Below, one piece after another: positions 1-10,875 of a stretch of DNA of 64,000 nucleotides (the first letter of the stretch is position 1; every line of letters starts with the position of its first letter). The notes beneath the pieces were generated by a model. That model was not told the origin of the DNA. It made no database searches and saw nothing but the letters and a program-made list of their open reading frames with translations. The DNA comes from Perkinsela sp. CCAP 1560/9 (lineage: Eukaryota > Protista > Euglenozoa: Kinetoplastea), in NCBI GenBank assembly GCA_965644495.1, contig CBFFSA010000013.1, positions 186,001 to 250,000 of the forward strand, given 5' to 3'. Both the position numbers and the translations under genes were made by a program.

Positions 1-453
1 CCTTGTGTTGAGGTGAATAAAGTGGTGGAAGAACATATTCTTCAGCCCCCACATATAAGATGCACAAGAGCAAATGTTCACTCTTTACCCGATCAATACC
101 TGCATCTACCGCTGCACCAAAAAAACGTGATTATCGATGTGGTCTCGAAGAACCCCCCATAATTCATTTGCCAGAACGGACTCGCATTCATGAAGTTTTC
201 GAGTTGTCTTAGGAAAAAATGCAAGAAATTGTGCGGCAGTCACGTTAGGAGGCCACTGCTCCAAAAAAGAGTGAACAAAAGTGATAAATTGCTGTGATGG
301 TGTGCTCATAAGAGCGTGCACACATGGAACTACCCGCGTTGCGTACACCTCCGCATTTTGCCGCATTGTTATCGTGCTGTTTCGTTCCTCCTCTTCCATT
401 CGAACAGTCCGAAGATCACATTCCTTTCTGTGTCGTTGGTAGTGATTTCGAGC

Positions 454-547
454 CTTACTGTAAGACTAAAAATCTAAGTCTCTACGTAGAATTTCTACGT
501 AGAACGCGTAGAATTCTACGTAGACTACCAACTATGCTTACAGTGAG
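454..547. repeat. Palindromic motif cluster: three TCTACGTAGA palindromes inside an 11-bp imperfect inverted repeat
   Basis: TCTACGTAGA at 481-490, 494-503 and 515-524; flanks CTTACTGTAAG (454-464) and CTTACAGTGAG (537-547). Confidence 0.8.
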
Positions 548-917
548 TCTATAATTTATACCAGTATGCACAAGCAACTATACGAGTATGCACATACAAG
601 CACATGTAGAGGTGCTCAGCACAAGTAGGAACATACGAAGTGAAGCAAATCAACACATCTATGAGATATTGTATAGTTGGTGGTCAACGTCTTTGTAGGA
701 GTAGTATCTATATTACTCTTTTGCTACTGATATTTATTGCGAAGTGACCTCAGATGTTTTAATTCCTACGGACCAGGATGCTTGTTTTAAGAAGCTCTGT
801 TCACTGAAGCGCAAGGGCATATAGGTCCGAAGTGTACTGGTACGTTGCTTACCAGGTGCTATCCAACACGCTAAGCGAGTAGTCAACGTTGAAAACATTT
901 TTGAAAAAGTTACCTCT

Positions 918-1652
918 ATGGCAGGAAACGGTAAAACTACCGAGGGCGTACAGAAAATGGAACTTGCGTGCGCAGCTTTGCTATCCGGAAACTTTAGTTC
1001 ACGAAACGTAAGTGATGAGATACTCGTCGCTCTACGAGATGCCGTATTTGAAATTGAAGTAGACTCCAAAAACATGGAAACAAAGGAGCCAACGGAGGAA
1101 AAACCCGCGCATGAGCTTTCCTCTGCGCAGAAGCGCCTAAAGGAGATCCAGGATCAGGTTCGGCCGTATATCGGCACCATGGACGATCCTCGTTGTGGAG
1201 AACTGATCCACAAATGCCTTTTGAACGTGGGGTTCGCCAGTGAAAGTTGGATGACCCCAGAAATTGTTGCAAATGTGCGCAACGTAGTAGGAAAGGCTCC
1301 CTACATGCGATATTATGCGCAGCTCTTCACGAAGCATCCAGCTGGAGACCCACTTCCAGATGTGAGTAACAAGGGAGTTCGCCTGGTAATGTGGAGTCTA
1401 TTATGCAAGCTTGGATCTGTAATGATGTCACACCGGCTGGCGCATCACGGAAAGATCATCGCAGCAGAAAAGATAGAAGAAACACTATTGAACAACGAAC
1501 ACATCAAAGTTGATCATAGTATCGTGGCGGTTATTGCAACTGATGAGAGAGCTACGTCACAGGTGAACCTCAAGAGCTCAGCTCAAAAGTGTTATCGGGA
1601 AATTCGTGATTTTATCACCCGCCTCGTTTCACCCACACCCGGCCAACCATAA
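918..1652 (+). CDS. Hypothetical protein (244 aa), antisense to the gene cluster; probably element-borne, possibly the 3' part of a longer broken ORF
   Basis: Protein-like composition but no motif recognised; the frame stays open upstream to ~705 except for one TAG at 822-824. Confidence 0.4.
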   Translation: MAGNGKTTEGVQKMELACAALLSGNFSSRNVSDEILVALRDAVFEIEVDSKNMETKEPTEEKPAHELSSAQKRLKEIQDQVRPYIGTMDDPRCGELIHKCLLNVGFASESWMTPEIVANVRNVVGKAPYMRYYAQLFTKHPAGDPLPDVSNKGVRLVMWSLLCKLGSVMMSHRLAHHGKIIAAEKIEETLLNNEHIKVDHSIVAVIATDERATSQVNLKSSAQKCYREIRDFITRLVSPTPGQP

Positions 1653-2360
1653 AGACGAATAGGCAGAGGTTGTAAACAACCCCCGCAATTATAAGCACAT
1701 AATCCCAGAATAAGGTCAAGCCGAAAATAAAATTTGGTTTTACGAACGTCTACTTTATGATGAGTCATTTTGCTCCTCTCTTGAATCATTTGATTCAGAA
1801 GAGCCCGAAGGCTGAGTAAGTCTGTAAGAAAGTAAGAGTTGGAGGGATGAGGGAATCCAAAAAGGGGGGATGAGTAAGTCATTCAGTAATTCAGTAAACA
1901 AGACAATGCTTAATTCAGTAACCCGGGGGTCAGGTTACCATTTAAAGGTGGATTACCGTTTAAATTGCAATTTACAGGTAGAGATGTATTTACGAGTCTC
2001 TATTTACAGATAATAACGCATGGGATGGGGCAAGGAATGGGGAATAATAACGCAAGGATGGGGTGTTGTTTTGTGCAGAAATCTTCTAGTGTGCGCATTC
2101 TTGATTTTCTTTGGAATTCGTTGATGTTTAGTTACGTTTCGGGAAATTTTTGAAAAATGTGCAAACTTCGTTCAATCTTGTGGGCTTAAATAGTAAACCT
2201 CATTTTTGTGGAACTAAATGTTTTACGCCACAAGAATATAAATTAAGGTAACTTTAATTAACGTAGCATTAATAAAAGTAAAAAATTTTCTCTCGTCAGA
2301 AATTACGTTAATTAATATTTTTCTTATTTAAAGTCTCACTGGTATACTTACACTTCATTG

Positions 2361-3053
2361 TTACTTCATGCGAGAACGAAGGCCATTTTTCACAACAATA
2401 CGCGTCGCCCTCACATCGTAACTCAACATTTTTTCCAGTTCCTCCACATGTAACGTCCCCTCCAGTCTTGCATTCCCATTAACATACAACTTCATCAAGG
2501 AGGTGGGCATCAACGTAAAATCAACGTTCCCGGAAAACTGATTCTCGCTGATATTCAGCACCTCCAACAACTGTGGAAGGCACGCGAACAACAGCGGCCC
2601 GGTAAACCGATTCCGCGCAATCGACACAAACGTCAACGAGGCTGGCAAAACGTTTTGTTCAAAATTCTCACAAAATGCCCCACATTGGTTATTATTGGGC
2701 AAATATAAAAATACAAGAGTACTGGGGAGGTGGTTCCAAATTAGCGACCCCTCGAGACCGTAGTCCGCCCAATTCATACAAAACACCTCTCCCCGGGGGT
2801 CACACATAACTCCCTCCCAGCCACACCCCGGGGTGTGGGTGTCCCAGGAGGGGCGGGGGTTGGTGATCTCTCGGACAAGCTTGGCTAAAACAAATTCCAG
2901 GGGTAACGCAATCCCAGTGAGTTTGGCTGCACGGGAAGGGTGCGAAATGGATGGGGCATTTTGCGGAAAAGAGGGGGGGGTGCAATCGTCCATGCAGCCC
3001 ACATGGGACATAGCAGTGGGGTAGAAAAGGGACACCATAGCTATCGTGTACAT
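2361..3053 (-). CDS. Short leucine-rich repeat protein with LRRNT-like cap
   Basis: W..GCGWEGVMCD cap followed by LP.xL..L.L..N.F.G repeats; paralogous to 23938-24564 and 62195-62836; start may be a downstream Met. Confidence 0.85.
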   Translation of the reverse strand: MYTIAMVSLFYPTAMSHVGCMDDCTPPSFPQNAPSISHPSRAAKLTGIALPLEFVLAKLVREITNPRPSWDTHTPGCGWEGVMCDPRGEVFCMNWADYGLEGSLIWNHLPSTLVFLYLPNNNQCGAFCENFEQNVLPASLTFVSIARNRFTGPLLFACLPQLLEVLNISENQFSGNVDFTLMPTSLMKLYVNGNARLEGTLHVEELEKMLSYDVRATRIVVKNGLRSRMK

Positions 3054-3062
3054 TGAGATATA

Positions 3063-3929
3063 CTCCTCCTCGCATTGATTTTTATAAATATGTATTATAA
3101 CAAAAAAGAAAATTTATATTTATAATTATTAAAATCAATGAGAATGCTTTCCAAAGATACCGGAGACCCGCCAGTAAACGACCCCCGGTAAGAGAGATTG
3201 GCTTGGGAGGCTGGCTGGTTGGCGGGGCTGAACGGGCGGGGGTTGTTGGACGGGTAAGGGTGGGTGAGCGGGGTGAGGGTTATTGGGAGGGCTGTGGTAC
3301 GAAGTTGTCTGGACAGAAAATGAATGCACACATGAGTAAAAGAGGTCTTAAACAGAGTGGGAATCCGAGTTCAACTCCTTTCGAAGACGTGTGTGCGAAA
3401 CACAACGTGTGTGCGATAAATGTGATATAACGACTACTTGTAGAAGGGGAAGGAGCATTTAATCAAAACAACCCAGGCTAAAGTGGACGACGGAGTTACT
3501 CGTCCTTGCGCCCTCTCCTTCCTCTAAGGTCTTGAGCGTCACACACGTCCAGTGTGTGTTAAATTTGGCCTTTGCAGGTGTATTACTAGAACAGGTTGAA
3601 GATGTATCTAACGAAACCAAAGCGCATACAGGTACATCAGGGCCCAAACTGTCCAAATACGGTCGAGGAGTTAATTTGGGATTCTTTTATTTTCACCCAC
3701 GAATTTTCAGGTTTTCATTTCGAAAACTCACCTGACACAAAATGAGGCCACAAATCGGGCACGACGAATTAACCTACGGTGCCGAGGGAATAGTGCCTCC
3801 CTCTATATTTTCTAGCATGTCGTGAAAGCTTTGTGCGAATATAATCAAATTTATTGATTTCACAATTTTTATAATTTTTTTTTTCGAAAATTCTATCTTG
3901 CCATTTATAAAAATCAATGAGAGACAGAG
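3063..3929. mobile_element. Non-autonomous TA-flanked TIR element (Tc1/mariner-type MITE)
   Basis: TA|CTCCTCCTCGCATTGATTTTTATAAA ... TTTATAAAAATCAATGAGAGACAGAG|TA; the internal G-rich block 3175-3280 resembles 51675-51790 in reverse. Confidence 0.6.
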
Positions 3930-3935
3930 TAGATA

Positions 3936-4235
3936 CCATCCCCCCTATATAATAGGGCTATGTGTCACCCCCCTTTAACAGGGCCATTTTGTCTGGAAGG
4001 CCAAAAAGAGATTTCAGGGAAAGTGCCAAAAAATTGTTGAATGCGCCGCGAAGCGGCGGATTCTTTTTCCGTATCTACCAAAAGTGTATCAAAAGGGAGT
4101 AGGACCTTGTTTCTTAACGATAAAAAAGCCGTGAGGCGGCGCCGATTTGTTTCTTTCATATTATTTTCCATGTCCCCCCATTTATTAAGGCCTTTTGCCC
4201 AAAATCGGAGTCCTATTAAATAGGGGGGGTAGTAG
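3936..4235. mobile_element. ~300-bp pogo-like MITE
   Basis: TA|CCATCCCCCCTATATAATAGG ... CCTATTAAATAGGGGGGGTAGTAG|TA; same terminus type as 51125; internal CGCCGC-GAA-GCGGCG hairpin at 4044-4058. Confidence 0.6.
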
Positions 4236-4361
<126 letters not shown>

Positions 4362-5825
4362 CAGTAACTCAAAAAAGTGTTCAAATGTTTCGACATTTTT
4401 TAATGTTTTAATTTTTTACCAAAGAGAATCAGAGGATAATGCTGTAGTATATGGTAGTAGTGTAGGCTGGGGTAGTGCTTATATCCCCACGTACTTTGAG
4501 TTCATCAACGATCTTACTACGAAAAACTACGAAAAACTATGAAAGATATAATGTCAATCCAACATATGAACACTTTTTTGCCTTTTTTTCGGACACGTTT
4601 TTTTATAGGAAAACGTTCTATTGCTTCACCCTTAATGGGCCAAAATATTTAGACTTAATACTTAGTAAGTCCCCCCTTCGCCCTGATGACTTCCCTCAAA
4701 CGACGGGGCATGCTTTGGACAAGAGGGAGGCATGCACTTGGAGGAACTTTCGCCCATGCTTTTTGGGACCGTTCCCATAACTCGATCATTCCTGAGGGTG
4801 GGTCGGGGTAATCTGCCGTTGCCTTTTTCAATTCAACCCATAGATTTTCTATGGGGTTTAAGTCGGGAGACTGAGGGGGCCAGTCAAGCACACACAGCTC
4901 CTGCAAATTTTAAACATCGCGAGCCTTCTTACTCGTGTGCTTCGGATCGTTATCCTGTTGGAAGACGATCCGATCCTTCGTGAGACTCAGCTTTTGTAGG
5001 AAAGGGGGCAAATTTTGTTGCAGTATTTGAACGTACTGCTCGGCGTTCATATTCCCGTGAACCAGCTCAATGGTTCTCACACCGTGCTCCATCATGCAAC
5101 CCCATATCATGATGGAGCCGCCACCATAATTGAGCGTACCTTGTGTGTTTCGCTCAGACAGCTCCTCCCCAAAGTCTACCCAAACCCACCGGCTACCATC
5201 CGACTCGAAACGGCAGATCTTCGTTTCATCCGTGAAAATTACACGGCCCCAGTCGGCGTGCGTCCAATGCTCGTACTTTCTTGTAAAAGCAAGACGTAGA
5301 GCCTTGTGACGTTTCGTAAGGTAGGGCTTCTTGACCCTCTTCTTTCCCTTCATACCACGCTTACGAAGGGAAACCCGAATGGTTTCCGGGCAAACATCCG
5401 CAATACCTTTGACTCTCAACCTTTTGCTGGCGGCAACTGCGTCTTTTGTGGCGCCGCTAGTGATGAGACGGCGGACGCGCCTACGGCAAGTATCACTCAG
5501 CTTACGTGGGCGACCGGTTGGTTGTCTAGATAGCGACGGAAGATATTTATTTTTAATGCGGCTGACATTTCCTACGCTTAAGTTTAAATCGGCGGCCACT
5601 CTACGAAGTGAAGATCCGTTTTCAAGTTTTTCAATAGCAATCTTTCGTAAATAACTCGGTGTACTGTGCATAAGTAATGTAGTAAATAGAGCAACTTGGT
5701 TTTATTTTCCTATTGTAGATCTTTGTTCTACTATGCACAGTACACCGAGTTATTTCCAAATATTTCCAAAATCAGACAAAATACAAGACCTGTAGGGGGG
5801 GGGTAAAAGAGGCTGAACACCACTG
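4362..5825 (-). mobile_element. Tc1-family DNA transposon (ends TA|CAGT ... ACTG|TA, TIRs poorly matched)
   Basis: Contains a DD34E transposase; both ends begin CAGT and share GTGTTCA; bounded by TAGA arrays. Confidence 0.75.
4655..5671 (-). pseudogene. Tc1 transposase (DD34E) with one in-frame TAA at 4910-4912
   Basis: N-terminal HTH, GRPRKL, VIFTDETK, GGGSIMIWGCM, FQQDNDPKH, WPPQSPDLNPIENLW; exactly 34 codons between D2 and E when read through the stop. Confidence 0.93.
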
Positions 5826-5951
<126 letters not shown>

Positions 5952-6961
5952 CAGGGGCGGTTGTTCGTTCCCCTAAGGAAGAGTTTTTGCCGCCTTTTTT
6001 TCATACAGACCCCCTGGTGCCCCCTGGGTCCAAAAAACTGTTTTTTGGACGTTTTCTGTGTACACACCCGTTTTTTCCCGATAATTTCATGTTTTTGTGG
6101 TTTATTTGAATTTGTGTAAGCTTAAATAGTCTTCTAATTTCTTTATGCTCAAGCAATGTTTCTGTAGAAACATCAATAGCTATTTAATAGAGTTTTTCAA
6201 ACCTCAACAACATGAATACAAGACCGACTAACCCTAAAAGTGGTGAATATGTAGAAGGGTGGAAACTTGGCGAAAACAATGGTAAAACAAATATTTTTTA
6301 AAAATCCTTTCCCCTATTGTACTTTGTTAGTTTGGGACCTATACTCATACCTATGTGCTCTGTGAACACTTATGTGTGTTCAGTGGTTCTATGGTTCAAT
6401 GAACACTTTTATGAACCAATAGAACACTTTTTCGATTTTTTTTCGTGACGTACAAACATTTTTTTTTGAAGCTTTGTTTCATTCAAATGGCCCCAGATGG
6501 TACTACACGACCTAGATCCTCACGTACATGTAGGTACATGGCAGAATAGGTGGTGCGAGTCTGTGCCATCGATATGATTCCAGCGTCAAGGGAGACCACG
6601 AAGAGGCCCCAACCCCCAGTTAGGCTGGCCCGAACACGTGTCAGGCATTTAATCAATTCGGCACACGAACGGTTTTAATGCATATAATGTATTCACAGTG
6701 CAAAAAGAATATTTTGTGGAAATGACGACAACAAAGATGAGGAAAAAAATTCAAGCTTTTTCTTTGGGGAAAAAAGTCCCTTTTCACTTTTTGTGAAACC
6801 CAATTAAAAGTGACCCACCACTTTTTTTCTTCGTACAAGCGTCCGTTTGAGCTGATTTTTGTAGCATTTTGCAGATCTCAACACAAAGGCTTTGAGCGTG
6901 AATAAACGAAACAAAAAGAAGCGAATACGTATATTTTAGAGAAGAACTAACATTTTGTCAC

Positions 6962-7305
6962 TTTTTCACCTGCGATCACAACCTGTACATGATCCAAATA
7001 CAACACCGCTCCCCACCCGTGTAAATGGGCGTGCTGTGGATCATACTTTGGGTCCACTCCTGAAGATCCATCCGAGCGGCATACGGCAGAGGGCTCAGTT
7101 CGTACAAACGTTTTGGATCACGGTTTAAAGCGTTAATGCGCCTTCTTACTAACTTCAAAGTAAAATGATGCTCCGGAATCGATTTCCCCAAAACCAAAGT
7201 TTGGAAATGGGCCAACGCAAGACATTCCTGCATCCAAGCGAGAAGCTGAGGTACGAAGTGTGCTTCGAGGTAAGGTTGCGAGAACTGGCGGTAATAGCAA
7301 ACCGC
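6962..7305 (-). pseudogene. VIPER/TATE-like (tyrosine-recombinase retrotransposon) RT-RNase H relic
   Basis: VLGKSIPEHHFTLKLVRRRINALNR and, after a frameshift or deletion, LHGWGAVLYLDHVQVVIAGEK; these recall the trypanosome VIPER motifs IKAVRRRLSALNRG and DASLHGWGAVF..IAGGKW. Confidence 0.7.
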
Positions 7306-8100
7306 CTAAGTAAGGAAAGAATTGATGGAATTGTAGCTTTGCAAATTTGGAATACCTTGAGGATTATTTGTAGGTTATGGGAAAATTATTGTTTGTTTAT
7401 ACCGTATCAGACACATATAAACTCTGAACTTGGAAGTCATAGATGAAAGCTTTCAAGGTGAAAGTGTTAAGCTTTTCAACTGACTTTAAGTCGATCTTAT
7501 TGCGGTGGTTGTATAACTACCACTCTACCCTCAATTATTGAAAAAAAGTGAACAAAAACAGTGAAATATAAAGAGAAACACACTAATATAATAGAAGAAA
7601 AAAAACGTTTCATATAAAAGAGGGCTCCGGTGGTCCAAAACTGAAAAAAATATTGAAAAAAATGGGGGGTCCAGGGGGAGGGGCATACGTCGCGACTTTT
7701 TTTTCGAATTTTTTGTTTCTCGAGCGCCGGGAAGTGTTAGAGTAGGCCGCGGCGATAATTTTCTGCCCCCCAACCTGGGGGTACCCCCCCCCCTCTGTTA
7801 CGCGCAGGAGGGATCCGACATGGTCAAAGTTTCCGAAATTTTTGGGGTGACCAAGAAAAAAACTTTTTGATAAAAAAAAGGTAAAAATATTATTTTTCCA
7901 AAATCGACTCCTAAAACGTATTTTAAGAGTTTTGGACCTCAGCTACCATTCTACGGCGTTGTTTTCGTCAGATCCGCCTCCTACCCCTACTGGTAAGGCA
8001 TCAAAAACGGCCAAAATTCGGGTTAAAATTTCGAAATTTTTGCTTAAAAATCGGGCTTTTTTACCTAAAAAAGTAGATTATTCATGATCTTTTGGCAATT

Positions 8101-8217
8101 TTTCTATTTTAGGCTCTTCGTTAAACGCGGTGGTAGTTTTCAACGCGAAGTGTGCAGCATGAGTGACTTCCAAGTTGAAAACAACCACCGCGTGTAACGA
8201 AGAGCCTAAAAAGGAAA
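8101..8217. repeat. ~117-bp fold-back element, copy 1
   Basis: Arms TAGGCTCTTCGTTAAACGCGGTGGTAGTTTTCAAC and GTTGAAAACAACCACCGCGTGTAACGAAGAGCCTA. Confidence 0.85.
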
Positions 8218-8848
8218 TTGGATATTGGATTCATTTTTGGATTTGGATTGGTTCCCCAAGTAATCGATTGGGGTGGTTCCCCATTTTTCTTTGACGGGCA
8301 CGAAAGGTTCCTGTGGGACCTCGTCCTCTCATTAGAAATTGTTGAGGGCAATAGATCTGCTTGACCAAATGCGGGAAACAATAGTTTTTTACAACAACAA
8401 CAAAAATATTTTGAAATAAGAAATGCATTACGTTCGGCGAGTACAAAAAAAGCTGCCACGCTTACTAAGAGAGAACCTCATACCGCGGCATTCTAATACT
8501 GTATAGCTAGGGCATGTGTAATCACTTGGATATGCGCAAAACAAAAAAGGTTTATGAAAAATACTCAACATGTTCGTGGGATGTGTACCTCCCCGAAAAG
8601 TGTTCAATGCGTTCTATGTGTTCAATGAACAAAAAAAAGTGTTCATAGAACACATAGGTATGTATACTAGCTTTCTATGCCATTGTTTTCGCAAGATATC
8701 CCTCCTTGTAGCCCTGGTATGCTTCCCAAAATGACCCATTTTTTTGACCAAAAAAGGTGAAAAAATATATTTCGGATCCCAAGGGGTCTTTTTGCGTCGA
8801 AAGAATGGTGTGGTTGGAGTCGAATTCTCTATCCAATACGTTCGGTAG

Positions 8849-8881
8849 GCTTTATAAAGATACAGTTTCTTTACCTTGTTG
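8849..8881 (+). other. Degenerate spliced-leader (mini-exon) relic in spliced form
   Basis: GCTTTATAAAGATACAGTTTCTTTACCTTGTTG; the last 19 nt match the conserved SL 3' end CAGTTTCTGTACTTTATTG at 16/19; not followed by an intron GT. Confidence 0.65.
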
Positions 8882-9156
8882 CCTTAGTTCATCCTTTCTT
8901 TCCCCGGCAACGGGCATACTCTTACTGTATTTTCATGCCTGTTGCCGGCCGGCGCTAAGGCTGGAACTGTCCCCCTTTATCGCTGAAGCAGGGGAAGCGC
9001 CTCCATCCCTTCACCCTTCCCCGACTCACTCCCCTGGAGTGAGTGCTTCTCCCTCTCGGATTCCTTCCTCCCGACCCGTACGTCTCCGAGAGGGCTAGGC
9101 GTCACGGTGGCCTCCCTTGAGGACCACTAGACGCGTCCCTCGCTGCCCGCGTTTAC

Positions 9157-9323
9157 GCCTCTCCGCACCTGACGGTCGCCCAGCTCTCCGCACCTCGGCT
9201 CTGTCGCAGCTCTCTGCACCCGGATTGCCCCCGAAACTGTAATATGGGGATTACGCATCCGGCTCTCTGCACCTGCACATGACAACCGAGCTCTCTGCAC
9301 CTGGGACGTCAGCTCTCTGCACC
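9157..9323. repeat. Six copies of (CAG)CTCTCYGCACC with unrelated spacers
   Basis: Copies near 9157, 9181, 9207, 9260, 9288 and 9310. Confidence 0.75.
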
Positions 9324-9576
9324 CATTCTCCTCCAGCGAGGGCAAATCCTCACGTGATCCACCCGTCGTATGCGGGTAAGGACAATGTGAGACAAATCTC
9401 TGCAATCTAAGTGCATGAATAAACAACAAACAACATGCCTACGAGTGATTTCCCACACGCAAATGTCGGATTTAGTGCTCTGAGAGCAAAACTACCCAAA
9501 AATCACCCCATTTTTACCCCAAAATCGTCTATTTTTGCCTATAGTCCCTCCGTTTTTTTCAGCTTTCGAAGCTAAC

Positions 9577-9694
9577 TTTCCTTTTTTAGGCTCTTCGTTA
9601 AACGCGGTGGTAGTTTTCAACGCGAAGCGCGCAGCATGAGTGACTTCTAAGTTGAAAACAACCACCGCGTTTAACGAAGAGATGCAAAAAGAAA
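9577..9694. repeat. Fold-back element, copy 2 (direct repeat of 8101-8217)
   Basis: Near-identical arms and loop (GCAGCATGAGTGACTTC). Confidence 0.85.
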
Positions 9695-10407
9695 TAATTA
9701 TAATCATAACCTTTGGTGGAATCTCCCTTTTTTCTCCCAAAATTATTTTCAAAAATAAATACTTCAATGTTTTTTCGAGTTCAGCGATTTTGCAATCCTT
9801 CTAGATTGGTATTGACGAAAGAGAAGACTTTGACTTATTTACACCAAGACATTCGGGGACATTTATAAAAAACAAGAGTTCTAGGGCTCAAATTGTGGCA
9901 CACCAGGTTGGGAAAAGGTGTGACACACTTTTAGAGTCCGGTGGAGTATCGATACTGTATGGGCAACACATGAACGAGCGAAATGGGAAATTGAAAGCAC
10001 GAAGGCCTTTATTTCAGCATCAGAAGATGAGCAGATGAAATACGAGTAACTAATTTTAGTATTTGGAGTGCCCTTCAAAACTTCAAAAAACAAATTGGGG
10101 GAAAAAAGGGAGATTTCACCTAACTGTTTTGTATTTATAATTAATTTTTGATCACATGAATCCATTAATTTTTACGAAACTGATTTATACATTAATTTTT
10201 TATTCATTAATTTTTCTCAACATTCATTCAAACTTTATCAATATTAACTTTCCCAACATCAACCTTCTCAACTCCAACCTTCCCAACTTCAACTTTACCA
10301 ACTTGAACTTACTCGACTTCGTTCCCAAAAAAGCGACACCAATTAAAAATACTCCAATTTTTATGACTCGATATTGTACTACACTTACGCTTTTTACGAA
10401 CGCTGTA

Positions 10408-10550
10408 ACACATGAAACGTAACTCTGCGAGAGCTCTCCAATGAGGTGTTTTTTTCCAAAATTGGCCAAGTTATACGGATTTTGACCCCCCCCCTCACAA
10501 TTTCGTGCCCACATCCATAGGGCACCAGTTTGTGTTACTGTATCCCCCTG
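10408..10550. mobile_element. Orphan right end of the CAGGGGG/GAGAGCTCTC MITE family
   Basis: ACATGAAACGTAACTCTGCGAGAGCTCTC...TTTTCCAAAATTGG...TTTTGACCCCCCC...TTTCGTGC aligns with 45008-45113. Confidence 0.7.
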
Positions 10551-10875
10551 TTTGTAATAGCCTCGACCCCTCCCATAAAGTACGGGTAGCCCTTCCATCA
10601 GCTCCACAATCTACCCCATACCAACATTTGTGAATTCTGCAAGTTCGTGTTCCTGCGGCAGTGGTGCTCTTGCCTTGCCAAGACGCGACGAAGTACAGTA
10701 TGTATTTTCATTACGAAAAGCTGTAGATTCTGCACAAAAATAAAGTAACGTGTGTGATAAGGAAATAAATATACTGCAAATCCAGCACATGGCAATTAGG
10801 ATAGTAAGTTACGATTTTTAAGACAAATTTTATAACACGAAACTTTGAAGATACAGGGAAAATAAATGAAAAGAG

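Larger units (their letters stand above)
6251..8716. mobile_element. Degenerate TIR element shell with GAACAC/GTGTTC subterminal repeats (hAT-like), containing nested relics
   Basis: 6251-6430 is an imperfect inverted copy of 8595-8716 (GCGAAAACAATGG, CATACCTATGTG.TCT.TGAACACTT); right end CCCTG. Confidence 0.45.

Noticed and set aside
3345-3382. B-box-like GAGTTCAACTCC suggesting a tRNA or SINE
   Set aside because: No cloverleaf or convincing A-box
4910-4912. In-frame TAA in Tc1 (also single stops in hAT and at 822) as stop-codon reassignment
   Set aside because: Host genes have no internal stops and end in TAA, TAG and TGA; ordinary decay or a compensated indel explains them
9157-9323. 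CRISPR array
   Set aside because: Repeats of ~13 bp, irregular short spacers, eukaryotic context, no cas genes
10156-10607. Asn/Leu- and Lys/Leu-rich ORFs
   Set aside because: Degenerate hexamer low-complexity DNA plus a MITE end
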